Shown: piece by piece, positions 62,895-64,000 of the stretch
Layout of the letters: each line of letters starts with the position of its first letter
How positions within the stretch are numbered: position 1 is the stretch's first letter
Source: Balanoglossus misakiensis
Lineage: Eukaryota > Animalia > Hemichordata
DNA length: 64,000 nucleotides
Direction: 5' to 3'
Assembly: GCA_040954595.2 (NCBI GenBank)
Contig: CM082597.2
Coordinates: forward strand, 6,205,244-6,269,243
Notes under the pieces: model-generated
Seen by the model: the letters and a program-made list of their open reading frames with translations, nothing else
Databases searched by the model: none
What the model was told of the DNA's origin: nothing
Position numbers and translations under genes: made by a program

Positions 62895-63741
62895 ATGTCG
62901 ACTCCCATTGAGTTTCTCAATTCAGATTTGATATTAGTGCCTTCGGAAATCTGCAAGAGGAAAGATGCCAAACAGATATGGCTATGGCATAATAGACTCA
63001 CATACCTGCCAGATAAATTCAGCAAATTGAAAAGGTTGAAAGAAGTGTATTTGAACGGCAACCAGTTTTCAACGTTTCCGACAGTGCTATGTGGTCTCCA
63101 CTCGCTGAAGATTTTAGACTTGTCCAGCAATAACTTGAGCAGTCTCCCGTCGGACATGCATCTGTCGAATCTAAGCAAGCTTGTTCTGGTCAGTAACCAG
63201 TTCCAGAGATTTCCGGAAGAAGTTGTGGAAATGAAAGCATTGGAGGAACTGTACTTGGGTTGGAATAAGCTGAGCGCTCTTCCGGCTTGTGTGTCCCGGA
63301 TGAAAAAGCTGTCAGTCCTTCGAGTCAACAACAACGAGATTGTTGTCATCCCAGAAGAGGTTTGTCAATTAGAGAGTTTACGGGAGTTCAACGTTTCGGA
63401 CAACCAAGTCGTCAGTATAAACACGGTGATGCAGTCCCTGCTCGAGTCCTTGCCTGCCTTCTGTTACTCCGGCAACCCCTGTCATCACACTGATGCACCG
63501 GTTGCTAGGAGAAGAAGTGACATCATCGTCCTGAGACCGGTGACTCCTCCTCCTCCTCCTCCTCCTTCGACGGTTTCCATGGTGACAAGTCCTGACAATG
63601 ACGACATGTATGACTGCTACAAGATGGACACAGACCCGGTGGGCATCGCAGTTATCATCAACAATGTGGAGTTCAGGAGGAATCATAATGATCCAAGAAG
63701 TAGACAGTTACCAGACAGACCTGGCAGTGAAGTAGATGCAG
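62895..63741 (+). CDS. LRR-caspase fusion protein, first coding exon (about 7 LRRs, Pro-rich linker, start of caspase p20); continues beyond the right edge
   Basis: LxxLxLxxNxL repeats of ~23 aa ending in a GNP cap, then YKMDTDPVGIAVIINNVEF...LPDRPGSEVDA (compare caspase-3 YKMDYPEMGLCIIINNKNF...RSGTDVDA); donor G|gtatat after 63741. Confidence 0.9.
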
Positions 63742-64000
63742 GTATATATACATGTAAATCTCTCGACACCACAGTCAACTTGTCCTCATTTTTAGAGAAT
63801 TTTTGTAATTTACAAAATAAAGAAAGCTTAACCATGGTAAATATGGAGAAAAGTTTTCATTAGTAGCATCTTACATTATTAGTGAATTTACATATCTAGG
63901 TAAATTTAATAGGTAAAATAACATACTAGCTAAAAAGACATGTTTTATTGTAACACACGTCATCCACAGACTATGTTCTCATTCGTCAATTGCTAGTCAC

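Noticed and set aside
62855-63686. Antisense ORFs (164 aa and 102 aa) over the LRR-caspase exon
   Set aside because: Shadow frames of the real coding strand; the poly-Arg comes from the (CCT)n tract.
63742-63863. C-terminal 40 aa of the 322 aa ORF
   Set aside because: Intron read-through: caspase similarity stops at the G|gtatat donor and the sequence becomes AT-rich.

Overview
AT-rich, intron- and repeat-rich animal genomic DNA. The gene and repeat content suggests a marine invertebrate, possibly a deuterostome (inference only). Four spliced protein-coding genes were assembled by hand from splice sites and codon phases. (1) The 5' part of a GRAMD1/Aster-family sterol transporter on the minus strand (exons 22529-22740, 19008-19073, 5613-5817, 3567-3654, 576-679), continuing off the left edge. 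(2) A divergent FADD-like adaptor (DED + death domain) at 30674-32507 whose linker exon does not phase cleanly. (3) A secreted EPN/WDD C-type lectin at 55309-59613 with duplicated 30-nt micro-exons. (4) At 62895-63741, a single exon fusing a cytosolic leucine-rich-repeat array to the start of a caspase catalytic domain, continuing off the right edge. This LRR-caspase is the most interesting signal: a possible one-protein sensor-effector. The rest is non-autonomous DNA transposons (TTAA-flanked Kolobok-like and piggyBac-like, TA-flanked, and nested AcademH-like elements with 9-10 bp TSDs), truncated LINEs, a ~3.7 kb satellite with two unit lengths, and microsatellites. All family assignments are by eye; no searches were run.
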